A stretch of DNA of 64,000 nucleotides from Candidatus Heimdallarchaeota archaeon (GCA_048881705.1 JBHLSH010000003.1:37890-101889); one strand, 5' to 3'; positions 1 to 10,334 are shown, numbered from the stretch's first letter. Notes: generated by a model from the letters alone, not told the origin. A program made the numbers and translations.

Positions 1-3000
1 AGTTATGAGGTTTTAGCTCGGCCAACCAGTATCACTGGGCAATATGGGAGTCAACCACTTACCAATGATACCACCATTATTACGAGGTTTTTTGCGAACA
101 GCTCCGCTGATAATGTAATAATCAATCTTGAGTATTATGATGTCTTAACCTCCAATGTCTTGGATACGGGTGGTCCGTTTGTCCTATCCCTCATCCCAAG
201 CACAGGCACCATAAAAGAAAGTAACCTGTCCTGGACCTTGACTTTTAATCCCAATCGGACCGGGACCTTCCTCATCAATATCACCTTCAGCTTGCTAAAT
301 CATTCTGATGCCTTGTTTATTTTCCATTTGACTGTTTTGAAAGCCACAACAGCAATTTACAGTGAATTACCTGCAAATTCATTGCTCTATTACAGTGAAA
401 GCATGGACTTCTTTCTCCTATATAACAATACTAACTACAATGAGAATATAACGGGCTTAACGGTGGGATCGGGCATCAGTCTTAATAATACGTACCTCAT
501 ATTTCTTAATCAGACCGGAGATTTTTACTGGTTCCGTTTGAATCCTGTCGCTTTGCCCCTTGGAATATACGGTACGAATATCACCTTTGAACACGTTTAT
601 TTTAAATCTAGTTTCATCCTGGTGAGTTTCGAGGTTTTACCGCGTACTACCGACCTCACGGGACAGACCGGGAGTCAACCCCTGATTAATGATACAACGG
701 TTATCACCCAGTTCTTTGCTAATAGTTCCGCCGATAGTGTGACAATCAATCTCGAGTATTATGATGTATTAACCTCCAATGTTTTGGATACGAGTGCTCC
801 GTTTGTTGTATCTCTCATCCCGACGACAGGCACCGTAAAAGAAAGCAACCTGTCCTGGACCTTGACTTTTAACCCCAATCAGACTGGTATCTTCTTAATT
901 AATGTCTCCTTCAGCTTGGCAAATCATACCGATGCCCTCTTTGTATTTCATTTAACAGTTAATAAAGCCCCAACAGCTGCCTACAACAGCTTACCTACTG
1001 ATCCTAAAGCCTATTATAATGAAAGTGTTGATTTTTTCCTTGTTTACAACAACACCTACTACAATGAAAACATCACGGGTTTGATAGTGGGGTCGGGCAT
1101 CGCTCTTAATAATTCCAAGGTCAGTTTTCTTAATCGAACGGGAGACCAGTACTGGTTCCGCTTAAGTCCATCTACCCTACCGCTTGGGATTCAGGTTACC
1201 AATATTAGCTTTTCACATGTATACTTTGAATCCAGCTCCATAGTGGTGAATTTCGAGGTTATACCTAGGCCGACCGATCTCACGGGACAGTTTGGGAGTC
1301 AACCCCTAATTAATGATACAACCATTATTGCCCAGTTCTTTGCTAATAGCTCTGCTGATAGCGTGGCTATCAACTTGGAATATTACGACGTGTTTTCTTC
1401 AAACGTCCTAGATACGAGTTTACCCCAAATTTATTCCCTCATCCCGAGCACAGGCACGGTAAAAGAAAGTAACCTGTCCTGGACCTTGACTTTTAATCCC
1501 AATCAGACAGGAATCTTTCTCATCAATGTCACTTTCAGTTTGGCAAATCATACTAATGCCCTTTTCATTTTCCATCTTACAGTCGACCAAGCGCTGACAG
1601 ATATTTACAATGAATTACCACCCATTTCGTTGGTCTACTATAACGAGAGTTCTGATTTCTTTCTCCTCTATAATAATACCAATTACAACGAAAACATAAC
1701 TGGGTTAACGGATAACGATGGTATAACAATTAACAACAGTAATATTGTTTTCCTGAACCGAACTGGCAATTATTATTGGTTTCGCCTAACGCCAAATCCC
1801 ATAGGTCCAGAAACCTACGGTACGAATATTACGTTTGGACATGTTTACTTTGAATCTAGTAGCGTAGTGGTGCTTTTCGAAGTTTTGCCTAGACCAACCG
1901 ATATTACTGGTCAGTTCGGGAGTCAACCTCTAATTAATGATACAACCGTGATCTTTCAATATTTTTCCAACGGCTCCGTTGATAGTGTAACAATCAATTT
2001 TGACTATTATGATGTTTTTACAAGTAATACTCTTGACTCAGATGCTCCTCAAGTTGAATCCCTCATTCCAATCTCAAGTACATCCCAAGAAAGCAATCTA
2101 TCCTGGACCTTAACATTTAACCCAAATCAAACTGGAGTATTCCTAATTAATATCACCATTGGCTTAACTAATTACACCGATGCCCTCTTTGTATTTCATT
2201 TGACAGTTAATAAAGCCACAACAGCTATCTACAATGGCCTGCCACCTGATCCCACCCTTTATTACGGTCTATCCACCGATTTTTACCTGCTTTTCAATAA
2301 CACGATTTATAATGAGAATATCACGGGATTAACAGAAGGAACAGGTATCATCCTTAATAACACTAATGTAAGCTTCCTCAATCGAACGGGAGACCTTTAT
2401 TGGTTTCGACTAAGCCCGATTTCCCTCGCAGTCGGGATTTACGCAACCAATATCACCTTATCCCACGCAGATTTCGAATCGAGTTTCGTAGTAATTAGTT
2501 TTGAGGTTTTGCCGAGTCCAACTGGTATTAATGGGCAATACGGTAGTCAACCACTTACCAATGATTCGACCGTTGTTAATTTGTTTTTCGCCAACAGTAC
2601 AGCGGATAGTATAAGTTTCAATCTTGAGTATTATGATACTTTGACTTCTAATGTCCTGAATACGGGTTTTCCTCTGATCCTCTCTATGATTCCGACCACA
2701 AGTACCGTTAAAGAGAGCAATTTATCTTGGACGTTGACCTTCAATCCTAATATGTCCGGAATCTTCCTTATTAACTTCACCTTCAACCTAGCCAATTATG
2801 AAAGCGCCCACTTTATTTTGCATTTAACCGTCGAGAAAGCCCAAACCTCGATTTATAACGGGTTTCAAAGTGTTTCCGCCGTCTATTACGATTTACCGAC
2901 CGATTTTTACCTGCTTTTCAATAACACAAATTATAATGAGAATATCACGGGCTTAACAGTCGGTTCGGGGATCACTCTCAATAATACCAAGGTCAGTTTT

Positions 3001-5658
3001 CTTAATCGCACAGCCGATTATTATTGGTTCCGCATTAGTTCAACTACACTACCACTGGGGAATCACGCCACCAATATTACCTTCGATCACGCCTACTTTG
3101 AATCCAGCTCCGTTGTCATTTCCTTCGACATCATTACGCACCCCACCGATATGGTAGGAAGGCAGGGTGGTCAGCTTCTAGTAAACGATACAACAATTGT
3201 TACAAGATATTTCTCAAATAGTTCTGGAGATGCCGTGATTATCAATCTCGCATACCTTAGTGGAATAAATGGTACCATCCTTGATACAAATACCCCCCAA
3301 GTTGTTTCAATGATTCCAATCACGGGTACCGTAAAGGAAAGCAACCTTTCTTGGACCTTTACATTTAATCCAAACAAGACTGGAATTTTCCTCATAAATG
3401 TCACTGCTACCCTAGCTAACTACGAAGATGCGCTATTTATATTCCATTTTTCTGTTAACAAAGCCCCCACAGCCATTTACAATAGTCTCCCCCTAAATCC
3501 AGATATTGCCTATGATACCGTTTTGGACTTTTTCTTAATATACAATAACACCAAATATAACGAGAATATCACGGGATTGACCGAGGGTTCGGGAATCATC
3601 ATTAATAACACCGATGTGGGTTTCCTTAACCGCACAGGAGACTTATATTGGTTCCGCTTGAGTCCATCGCCAATATCTCCTGGATTTCACGCTACAAATA
3701 TCACATTTTTGCATTTGGACTTCGAAAGTAGCGCAATAATTATCAATTTCAATGTATTCAACAGGTCTTTAATCATTGATAATCTCCTCTCCAATCCAGG
3801 GAGTGGGCAGAATATTGATTATTTATTGTTTGGAGAAGTGTTTTATTTTAACGTTTTCATAAACGATAGTCTAACACTATTGCCTATTAACTCCTCTTCC
3901 GTTTTTCTCCCGAATTATGTTGTATTTCTAGGGACAGTTAAAGAAGGGAACCATTCCTTCAGTTTTAACGCCTCAAAGATCGGTCAGTTCTTAGATCTAA
4001 AAATAGTATTTGCTTTGGAGAATTATGAATCGGTAACATATAACATCTCCTTTGTTGTTGCTCCTGCAATAACAGGCTTTGGACTAGGAACTACTCCCGT
4101 TAACGGTTCCATACTAGGTAACACAGGAGATTTTTGGCTTACGGATTCACGTAACATTTCAATTCGATGGATAGAGACAGTATATGGATCAAGCATCACT
4201 GATCCGACCCCAGAGCTTTTTGGTGATTGGGTAGGATTCATAACATATATAGAATTTTCTAAAGATGGAAGACACATTTTTTCGCTTAATGGTACAAAAT
4301 TAGGAAGTTTTCGCATTTCCATTATCTTTGAGACACAAAATTATTCAAAATCAATATTCCTCATAGAGTTTAATATTAGTGTGATCCCAACGTTCGAACC
4401 TGTGGTTACATTTCCGTCGGAACTTATTGTCGGGCAACTATTCCCAATCTCACTGGAACAATGGTTGAGCCTACAAACTCTAAGTGTGCCGCTTTGGGAG
4501 ATCCATGTTCTCAATGGAAGTTCATCCATATTTGCTATGTCGGATCATTCGCAGACTTTTCCTATCACCATAAATATCTCAACTGAAAACTTTAGACAAG
4601 GGATTCATACTCTGACGATTTTTCTAACGAGTACCTACGGATACGAGAACCAAACATTCGAAATCACGTTTAATTTGATTGGAAGAGAAATTCTGATTAC
4701 CATTTTAAGAGATCCAGAAGTGCTCGTTCAAGGCGCCGATTTCACAATAATAGCTATTCTTGAGTACGCCTCTCTGAGGACTCATTTGAGTGGAATTGGG
4801 GCTGGAATAACCCTTTCGTCTTTGGAAGGGATGCCAGTAACATTTAAAGTCGATATACTTTATTTAAACGGCACCGTCAAAACATTAACACATTCTACCG
4901 AAGCTAATGCAACAGGAGTGGCAACATTCTTGGTGGGAGGTCAATTTACTCATAATGCTGATGGGATTCAGGGAATCACCGTAACCACTGGAATTAATGC
5001 CTCAGCTAAAAGCAGTTCGGCTACCACCCCATCGAATTTTATTGATGACAATAAGTTTGCTTCTGAAGGAGGGGATGATCCTCTGAGCCCCTTGTATCCC
5101 CTAATCTGGGTTTCCCCCCTAATAGTGTTTTTGATATTTATGACGCCCGTCCTTCAGAAAGTAAATCGAAGAAGAAAAAAGGATGGTTCAAAAGTGCAAA
5201 GAATAGAAACACCTAGCGGCAAACCAGGGGATAGTACGCCGTCTATTGAAAAGAAAGAGTCTCCGCCACCAGCTGCAAGGGCTGTTTCTCCATCCCCTCA
5301 ACAGATTTCTGGCGTGCACAAAGTTTCAGATGTTAAAGATGAAAAACCCTCCATACCTGAAATCAGCATCTCAGAAGAATCAAGGTGGATAAATAAGTTT
5401 CCTAAATCCTTTTCCAATTACGAAAATGAGCTAAAGTTTCTTTTCAAATTAGTAGTGGAGCGGGCTGGGGCTTATCGTTATCAAACATCCTTAAAATATC
5501 TCCTTTCCCGCGCTCCCAAGGGCCTTTCTAAAACAAATCTAGAAATGATCTTTAATGACATTTCTGTAAAGACAGACTATTTTGAAATAAAAAGAAGGTC
5601 GATAGTTATCACAGAAAAGGGGAAAAAGATCGCTTTAAGTATCCTGAATTCAAAATGA
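1..5658 (+). CDS. Giant single-pass surface protein with tandem 208-aa beta-rich repeats, C-terminal TM helix and cytoplasmic Pro-rich linker + winged-helix-like domain (5'-truncated by the window)
   Basis: Frame is open from base 1 (SYEVLARPTSITGQYGSQPL...), upstream of the tracked TTG at 160. Six repeat units. Hydrophobic LIWVSPLIVFLIFMTPVL (~5101-5154) followed by RRRKK. Tail ends in IVITEKGKKIA. Confidence 0.9.
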   Translation, partial: SYEVLARPTSITGQYGSQPLTNDTTIITRFFANSSADNVIINLEYYDVLTSNVLDTGGPFVLSLIPSTGTIKESNLSWTLTFNPNRTGTFLINITFSLLNHSDALFIFHLTVLKATTAIYSELPANSLLYYSESMDFFLLYNNTNYNENITGLTVGSGISLNNTYLIFLNQTGDFYWFRLNPVALPLGIYGTNITFEHVYFKSSFILVSFEVLPRTTDLTGQTGSQPLINDTTVITQFFANSSADSVTINLEYYDVLTSNVLDTSAPFVVSLIPTTGTVKESNLSWTLTFNPNQTGIFLINVSFSLANHTDALFVFHLTVNKAPTAAYNSLPTDPKAYYNESVDFFLVYNNTYYNENITGLIVGSGIALNNSKVSFLNRTGDQYWFRLSPSTLPLGIQVTNISFSHVYFESSSIVVNFEVIPRPTDLTGQFGSQPLINDTTIIAQFFANSSADSVAINLEYYDVFSSNVLDTSLPQIYSLIPSTGTVKESNLSWTLTFNPNQTGIFLINVTFSLANHTNALFIFHLTVDQALTDIYNELPPISLVYYNESSDFFLLYNNTNYNENITGLTDNDGITINNSNIVFLNRTGNYYWFRLTPNPIGPETYGTNITFGHVYFESSSVVVLFEVLPRPTDITGQFGSQPLINDTTVIFQYFSNGSVDSVTINFDYYDVFTSNTLDSDAPQVESLIPISSTSQESNLSWTLTFNPNQTGVFLINITIGLTNYTDALFVFHLTVNKATTAIYNGLPPDPTLYYGLSTDFYLLFNNTIYNENITGLTEGTGIILNNTNVSFLNRTGDLYWFRLSPISLAVGIYATNITLSHADFESSFVVISFEVLPSPTGINGQYGSQPLTNDSTVVNLFFANSTADSISFNLEYYDTLTSNVLNTGFPLILSMIPTTSTVKESNLSWTLTFNPNMSGIFLINFTFNLANYESAHFILHLTVEKAQTSIYNGFQSVSAVYYDLPTDFYLLFNNTNYNENITGLTVGSGITLNNTKVSFLNRTADYYWFRISSTTLPLGNHATNITFDHAYFESSSVVISFDIITHPTDMVGRQGGQLLVNDTTIVTRYFSNSSGDAVIINLAYLSGINGTILDTNTPQVVSMIPITGTVKESNLSWTFTFNPNKTGIFLINVTATLANYEDALFIFHFSVNKAPTAIYNSLPLNPDIAYDTVLDFFLIYNNTKYNENITGLTEGSGIIINNTDVGFLNRTGDLYWFRLSPSPISPGFHATNITFLHLDFESSAIIINFNVFNRSLIIDNLLSNPGSGQNIDYLLFGEVFYFNVFINDSLTLLPINSSSVFLPNYVVFLGTVKEGNHSFSFNASKIGQFLDLKIVFALENYESVTYNISFVVAPAITGFGLGTTPVNGSILGNTGDFWLTDSRNISIRWIETVYGSSITDPTPELFGDWVGFITYIEFSKDGRHIFSLNGTKLGSFRISIIFETQNYSKSIFLIEFNISVIPTFEPVVTFPSELIVGQLFPISLEQWLSLQTLSVPLWEIHVLNGSSSIFAMSDHSQTFPITINISTENFRQGIHTLTIFLTSTYGYENQTFEITFNLIGREILITILRDPEVLVQGADFTIIAILEYASLRTHLSGIGAGITLSSLEGMPVTFKVDILYLNGTVKTLTHSTEANATGVATFLVGGQFTHNADGIQGITVTTGINASAKSSSATTPSNFIDDNKFASEGGDDPLSPLYPLIWVSPLIVFLIFMTPVLQKVNRRRKKDGSKVQRIETPSGKPGDSTPSIEKKESPPPAARAVSPSPQQISGVHKVSDVKDEKPSIPEISISEESRWINKFPKSFSNYENELKFLFKLVVERAGAYRYQTSLKYLLSRAPKGLSKTNLEMIFNDISVKTDYFEIKRRSIVITEKGKKIALSILNSK
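46..3789 (+). repeat. Six tandem coding repeats with an exact 624-nt (208-aa) period
   Basis: G(S/G)Q(P/L)L codons start at 46, 670, 1294, 1918, 2542 and 3166. Recurrent motifs ESNLSWT(L/F)TFNPN, YNENITGL and YWFR. Confidence 0.95.
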
Positions 5659-5739
5659 GATTCACTCCAAAGAGAGAAATTTAATTGGAAATATTTTAAT
5701 CAGATAAATATCGCGTTAACAAAATGGAGTCTATAGAAC

Positions 5740-8700
5740 TTGCGAATAATTCGATGGAACCACACCCTACAATATATTAGGATTGGGTCGCTAGTAATCC
5801 TTATGCTTATGTTAAGTTCAGTGTATACTCAATTATCACTAATCTTACCCTTTACTGATTCCTTACACGATGATGATGTCGATGTGAACACCCTCGCCGG
5901 CAATAATGCCAGAATCAGAATACCAAGCTTGATGACGGAAACTGGTGGTGGTTCCATTTCTGATTTAATCTCAAGTTCACATTACGATAGTTCCTCTATT
6001 AAATCTGCCATCGGACAACAAACTGGCTTTGGTGGTAAGAGTTATTCGGTCTATGATTCATTTAACTGGACTAGTGTTGAAATTCTTACGACTCAGAACA
6101 CGCTTTCGGGGGGCCTGCCAACAGGTCGGACTGATTCGCTCACCATTTCTGATCCAACGGGGTTCACCAGGCAATATGGAGAATTCAACATTTCTAGTGT
6201 CGCTGCTAGCTCTGACTGGAGGTTGATTGAAAACTTCGATAACACTCTGCGGGGGCCCGTGAATTCGGATCCTAATGGACTGGGATATTACGAAGTGGCC
6301 ATGTCCTTTAATATCACAGAAGCATTTGTAAACGTGACAAAGGTTCGAATCATCAATAATTTTAATCCCCTCGGCTCACCCCAAGGAACCTTGTACATCG
6401 TGAATTCTACGGGTGCAGGACAGCCAGATGACAATCAGGTACTTACAGAGAAATTGACTTTGCAGGTAACGGGGATTCAATGGGATACATACACCTTCTC
6501 CAGTCCTGTTTTTCTCACAAAGGGAATGTATTTCGTTGTTATGAACGATACATTGCAGGATCCATCCAATTACTGGCTTTGGTATTGGCAGCATGATCTA
6601 ATTGATGATGGGAGTGAAGATGGCACTGCATATTCTAAGCAATTCAGTCATTCAACATGGCAACCATGGGGAGGTGGGATTGCAACATTACCTCTTCAGA
6701 TCGAGGCCCTTCCTCTGGAGTTCAATGGGACTGACTATGTAAATAGAACCTATACTGATCCCTATTCCCTAGGTTTCAGTTATAATACTTCTGCTGGCAA
6801 CAGAGAGCTGACCACATTTACCTGGTTTGCCTGGAATGATACAGCGACCCATTCTTTTCAGACCAATACTTCTGTCACATTTGAGTTGACGTTTGTGGCC
6901 AATTACACTTATTCGTTAAATCCTATCCTGGCTGGATCGTCTTACATCGCTGTCAACAATTCAGTTGTTAGCTGGAATTTAACCTTTTCAACTTCCGTCT
7001 TGAATACCACTTATAACGTTCGGAATCACACCGTGAAAATTTCCAATTTCGAATCAGATTGGAATGGGACAAGTATCTACTGGAATAACTCACTTACCCA
7101 GCAATATAGCGATCTTCCTACCAACCTGGATGTATCACCCTTTGGAAATTACGCCACGCGATATCAACATGGGGTGCATACAACGATCTACATCAATGCC
7201 AGTGATTTGTCTGAAAATACCACGTGGCATACCTGGTTCGAAGCCCCGAACCATCTTCTCAATTTCACTATTAGTTTAGGTAGCACTCCGCTTGGGTTCC
7301 CCTATAAAGCTAATGTCACCGATGTATTAAACCTAACATTCTACAACTCAAACATTGGTAATCTAACGTATTGGATTGATTTTCCAAATGGATCTACCCG
7401 TACTCGAGTTAATATCAATACGACGCACTCAATTTTTTGGGAAGAATGGGATATTAACAACACAGTAGATCAAACAACCTACGTCAATGGGACCTATCAG
7501 CTCCAGGCGTTTTGGAACAACAGTGATCTTACCCAAGTGGGAACTTTTACCAGAAAGTTGGATATTTACATCAATACCTCGCTTTCGGTACAGGCTGATA
7601 CTGAAGTTATCATAGGAGAAAAATTCAATGTTACTGCGCTCTACAAAACGATACATAATGATACGGATATTAGTCGAGTGAGGATCTGGGCCAATGCAAG
7701 TTGGCCGCATGGTTCAAAACAAAATACCTCCATGAACCAGCTCATAGATGATTCATATAATGCATCCTTCATAACTACGGGACAAAATAAAGGTTTTATT
7801 GGGACGGTTACGGTGAGTACCCACTTGGGGTGGTTTGTCAACTGGTCACGTATAATATCAGTAAAATTTGTCGAAGCTTCAACACTCACTCTAAATTCCA
7901 CCAATATAAAACTACAATGGCGAGAGAATGTGACGCTGAGAATTGAATATAATGACACTACCCTCTTTAATGCTATCGAAAATGCCACTATAACTATAGA
8001 CGGAAATTCAGCATTTAACGATAGCGACAATATTTACTACTTTCGCCTAAATTCAACATCTTACGGAATTGGACCCCAAACTATACCAGTAAGTGCGAGC
8101 CACAACAATTATTCCTCGCAAAATGCGGTCATAACACTTTCCATAACACCTGGCGAAACTACGATAGAGGGAGCTTATAAAGGGCAGGCCCTAGGCAACG
8201 CAACAACTGTTCCGGAAAATCTAATTTTTGCAGCGAGTTCTCAGGATCAAGTCACTATTAATTTAAGATATTATTCCACCTTTCCGACGGATCTAGCCCT
8301 GAACAATACCCCGTCCGTGAATTCGCCCGGAATATCCGATGTGACTCTTCAACCAGAAACCAATTTCACGTGGACGATCGTTCTCAATCCCTCCGCAATT
8401 GGACTTTTTACCGTTGATGTAACTTTTTCAATGCCAAATTATAATTCAAGCAAATTTTTCTTCCAAATAAACGTAATAAAGGCAGCCACCGAGATTTCTA
8501 GTGGTATATCGTTTCCATCACCAATATATTTCACTGATAGTTCCGATTTTTATTTACTCTATAATAATACTGTCTATAATGAATTGATTCCCTCAGTAGT
8601 CCCAGGAATCAATGATTCTGCAAAAATCCGGTTTCTGAATCATACTGGATTCCAATATTGGTTTCGATTTAATTCCAGCCAATCTACTATTGGAACAAAT

Positions 8701-10320
8701 GCGGTGTTGATTTCTTTGGCAGGGGCCGATTTTGAAACCAGTAACATCACCGTGGTTTTTACTGTAACGGAAATGCCTACCCTTCCAATACCCCTATCTC
8801 TAGTACACCCGATCAATGACGGGACTGTGCTAGTGGAAGACTTTCTAGAAATAACCATTGATTATTTCCAAACATTTAGAGGAGTAAACATAACCAATCT
8901 TGATGAGATTTTATTGCGGTTAAATGGGACACTTGTGCCTGAATCGACCTTTATGATTAAGCAGTTCTCTCAGGCACCGTTCTCGATTTCTGTTTCAACC
9001 GAAGGCTGGCAATACGGATTTTATAATCTCACATTACAAGTACAAACCATCGGATACCAATCGCAGTTTGTTTCACTAGATTTAACACTCCTAGGGCGTC
9101 CTACTTGGATGGAACTTGAGATCTTGCCTGGTAAAACGATATCACAAGGTGAAAACGTCACATTCACAGTTTCACTACACTATAATGTAACAACTGGAAG
9201 TGGGTTTGGATCAAGTCTGAATTTAGTTCCTCTTGAAAACGTAGAAGTTTTCTTTTACGTCATTCTTATGTACGGTAATGAAACATCCACAATATATGAG
9301 CAAACTGTGCTAACTGACAGCAACGGACAGGCTACGTACGTTATTGACGGTCAATTTACCCTAGAATCCATCGGATTTGAAAATATTACGGTTAGTACTG
9401 GCCCGTCACTTTCAGGCCTACCTACCAAACTTGGATTAACCAATCTGGAGGAATATCACTTTGTGACCCCTCCTCAGGACCTTTGGGAACTTTTAGCCCC
9501 TCTGTTATTGCCGCTTGCGGGTTTCTTGCTAGCCTTTGGTTTGGCGGCGGCTGGTGTTTATAGGTTCAATCAATCCAGGAAAGCCCGTAAGGTGCGAACA
9601 ATTCAAGTTGACCGCACCATTGAAAAGGGATTTGAAGATATTAAATCCATAAGGTTGGTAATTGCACGGCATCAATCTGGGCTTCAATTTTATTCCGAAA
9701 AAACCATCGCTGAACTTCAAGCGGATACTGATGCCTTGTCAGGTATGTCCGCGGCCCTTTCTTCATTCATGGAAGAGGTTTCAGAGAGCATGCGCTCACG
9801 AAAAGAAGATGCAGTCGAAGCAAAAATTGAAACCATGAGTAGAGAGGGCTTACATATGCTTGTGTGGCATGGACGGTATTCCAGCCTACTCATCATATCG
9901 GAAATTGAGCTCCCTGATTATTTCAGGGACCGTCTCGATGGCTTAGGACATGAAACTGAAGGAAAATTTGAACTCGAACTCAAGGACTTTTATTCGACCG
10001 ACCAAATTCCTTCCTCAATTGTGAAAAAGATTGTACGAAGACACATTCCTCTGCATTATTTCAGCGCATTTGTCTTGAATGAAGGAGTTCTAACGCTAAA
10101 GGACATAAAGCTTTCAAAAAAGCACAACAAGATGCTTAAAATGATCAAAAAGATCATGTTTACAAAAGAAGGTGTTGAATATTTATTCTCTGAACAAATT
10201 ATATCATATTTGGCAACGAAGTATAAGAGAAGTGAAGCTATCAAGTTCCTAGATCATGCTATAGAATTGAATCTGTTGGTGGAATGTAACCAGGAGGATC
10301 TAATACAGCTCGGAAGATAA
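5740..10320 (+). CDS. Large single-pass surface protein: signal/anchor, beta-rich ectodomain, TM helix, cytoplasmic longin-like domain + winged-helix-like C-terminus
   Basis: N-terminal hydrophobic LVILMLMLSSV. One copy of the 208-aa unit at ~8155-8781. TM LLAPLLLPLAGFLLAFGLAAAGVY then RKARK. Cytoplasmic IRLVIARHQSGLQFY...ALSGMSAALSSFMEE pattern is typical of Asgard longin/roadblock-like domains. TTG start with GGAG upstream. Confidence 0.85.
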   Translation: MRIIRWNHTLQYIRIGSLVILMLMLSSVYTQLSLILPFTDSLHDDDVDVNTLAGNNARIRIPSLMTETGGGSISDLISSSHYDSSSIKSAIGQQTGFGGKSYSVYDSFNWTSVEILTTQNTLSGGLPTGRTDSLTISDPTGFTRQYGEFNISSVAASSDWRLIENFDNTLRGPVNSDPNGLGYYEVAMSFNITEAFVNVTKVRIINNFNPLGSPQGTLYIVNSTGAGQPDDNQVLTEKLTLQVTGIQWDTYTFSSPVFLTKGMYFVVMNDTLQDPSNYWLWYWQHDLIDDGSEDGTAYSKQFSHSTWQPWGGGIATLPLQIEALPLEFNGTDYVNRTYTDPYSLGFSYNTSAGNRELTTFTWFAWNDTATHSFQTNTSVTFELTFVANYTYSLNPILAGSSYIAVNNSVVSWNLTFSTSVLNTTYNVRNHTVKISNFESDWNGTSIYWNNSLTQQYSDLPTNLDVSPFGNYATRYQHGVHTTIYINASDLSENTTWHTWFEAPNHLLNFTISLGSTPLGFPYKANVTDVLNLTFYNSNIGNLTYWIDFPNGSTRTRVNINTTHSIFWEEWDINNTVDQTTYVNGTYQLQAFWNNSDLTQVGTFTRKLDIYINTSLSVQADTEVIIGEKFNVTALYKTIHNDTDISRVRIWANASWPHGSKQNTSMNQLIDDSYNASFITTGQNKGFIGTVTVSTHLGWFVNWSRIISVKFVEASTLTLNSTNIKLQWRENVTLRIEYNDTTLFNAIENATITIDGNSAFNDSDNIYYFRLNSTSYGIGPQTIPVSASHNNYSSQNAVITLSITPGETTIEGAYKGQALGNATTVPENLIFAASSQDQVTINLRYYSTFPTDLALNNTPSVNSPGISDVTLQPETNFTWTIVLNPSAIGLFTVDVTFSMPNYNSSKFFFQINVIKAATEISSGISFPSPIYFTDSSDFYLLYNNTVYNELIPSVVPGINDSAKIRFLNHTGFQYWFRFNSSQSTIGTNAVLISLAGADFETSNITVVFTVTEMPTLPIPLSLVHPINDGTVLVEDFLEITIDYFQTFRGVNITNLDEILLRLNGTLVPESTFMIKQFSQAPFSISVSTEGWQYGFYNLTLQVQTIGYQSQFVSLDLTLLGRPTWMELEILPGKTISQGENVTFTVSLHYNVTTGSGFGSSLNLVPLENVEVFFYVILMYGNETSTIYEQTVLTDSNGQATYVIDGQFTLESIGFENITVSTGPSLSGLPTKLGLTNLEEYHFVTPPQDLWELLAPLLLPLAGFLLAFGLAAAGVYRFNQSRKARKVRTIQVDRTIEKGFEDIKSIRLVIARHQSGLQFYSEKTIAELQADTDALSGMSAALSSFMEEVSESMRSRKEDAVEAKIETMSREGLHMLVWHGRYSSLLIISEIELPDYFRDRLDGLGHETEGKFELELKDFYSTDQIPSSIVKKIVRRHIPLHYFSAFVLNEGVLTLKDIKLSKKHNKMLKMIKKIMFTKEGVEYLFSEQIISYLATKYKRSEAIKFLDHAIELNLLVECNQEDLIQLGR

Positions 10321-10327
10321 AAGGAGG
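10321..10327 (+). promoter_or_regulatory. Shine-Dalgarno-like site AAGGAGG
   Basis: AAGGAGG lies directly after the 10320 stop and 7 nt before an in-frame CTG at 10335. Confidence 0.65.
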
Positions 10328-10334
10328 ACAAACT

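Noticed and set aside
46-3789. Repeat array as CRISPR or a mobile element
   Set aside because: The period is 624 nt, in frame, with synonymous divergence and no short repeat/spacer structure; it is a protein domain repeat.
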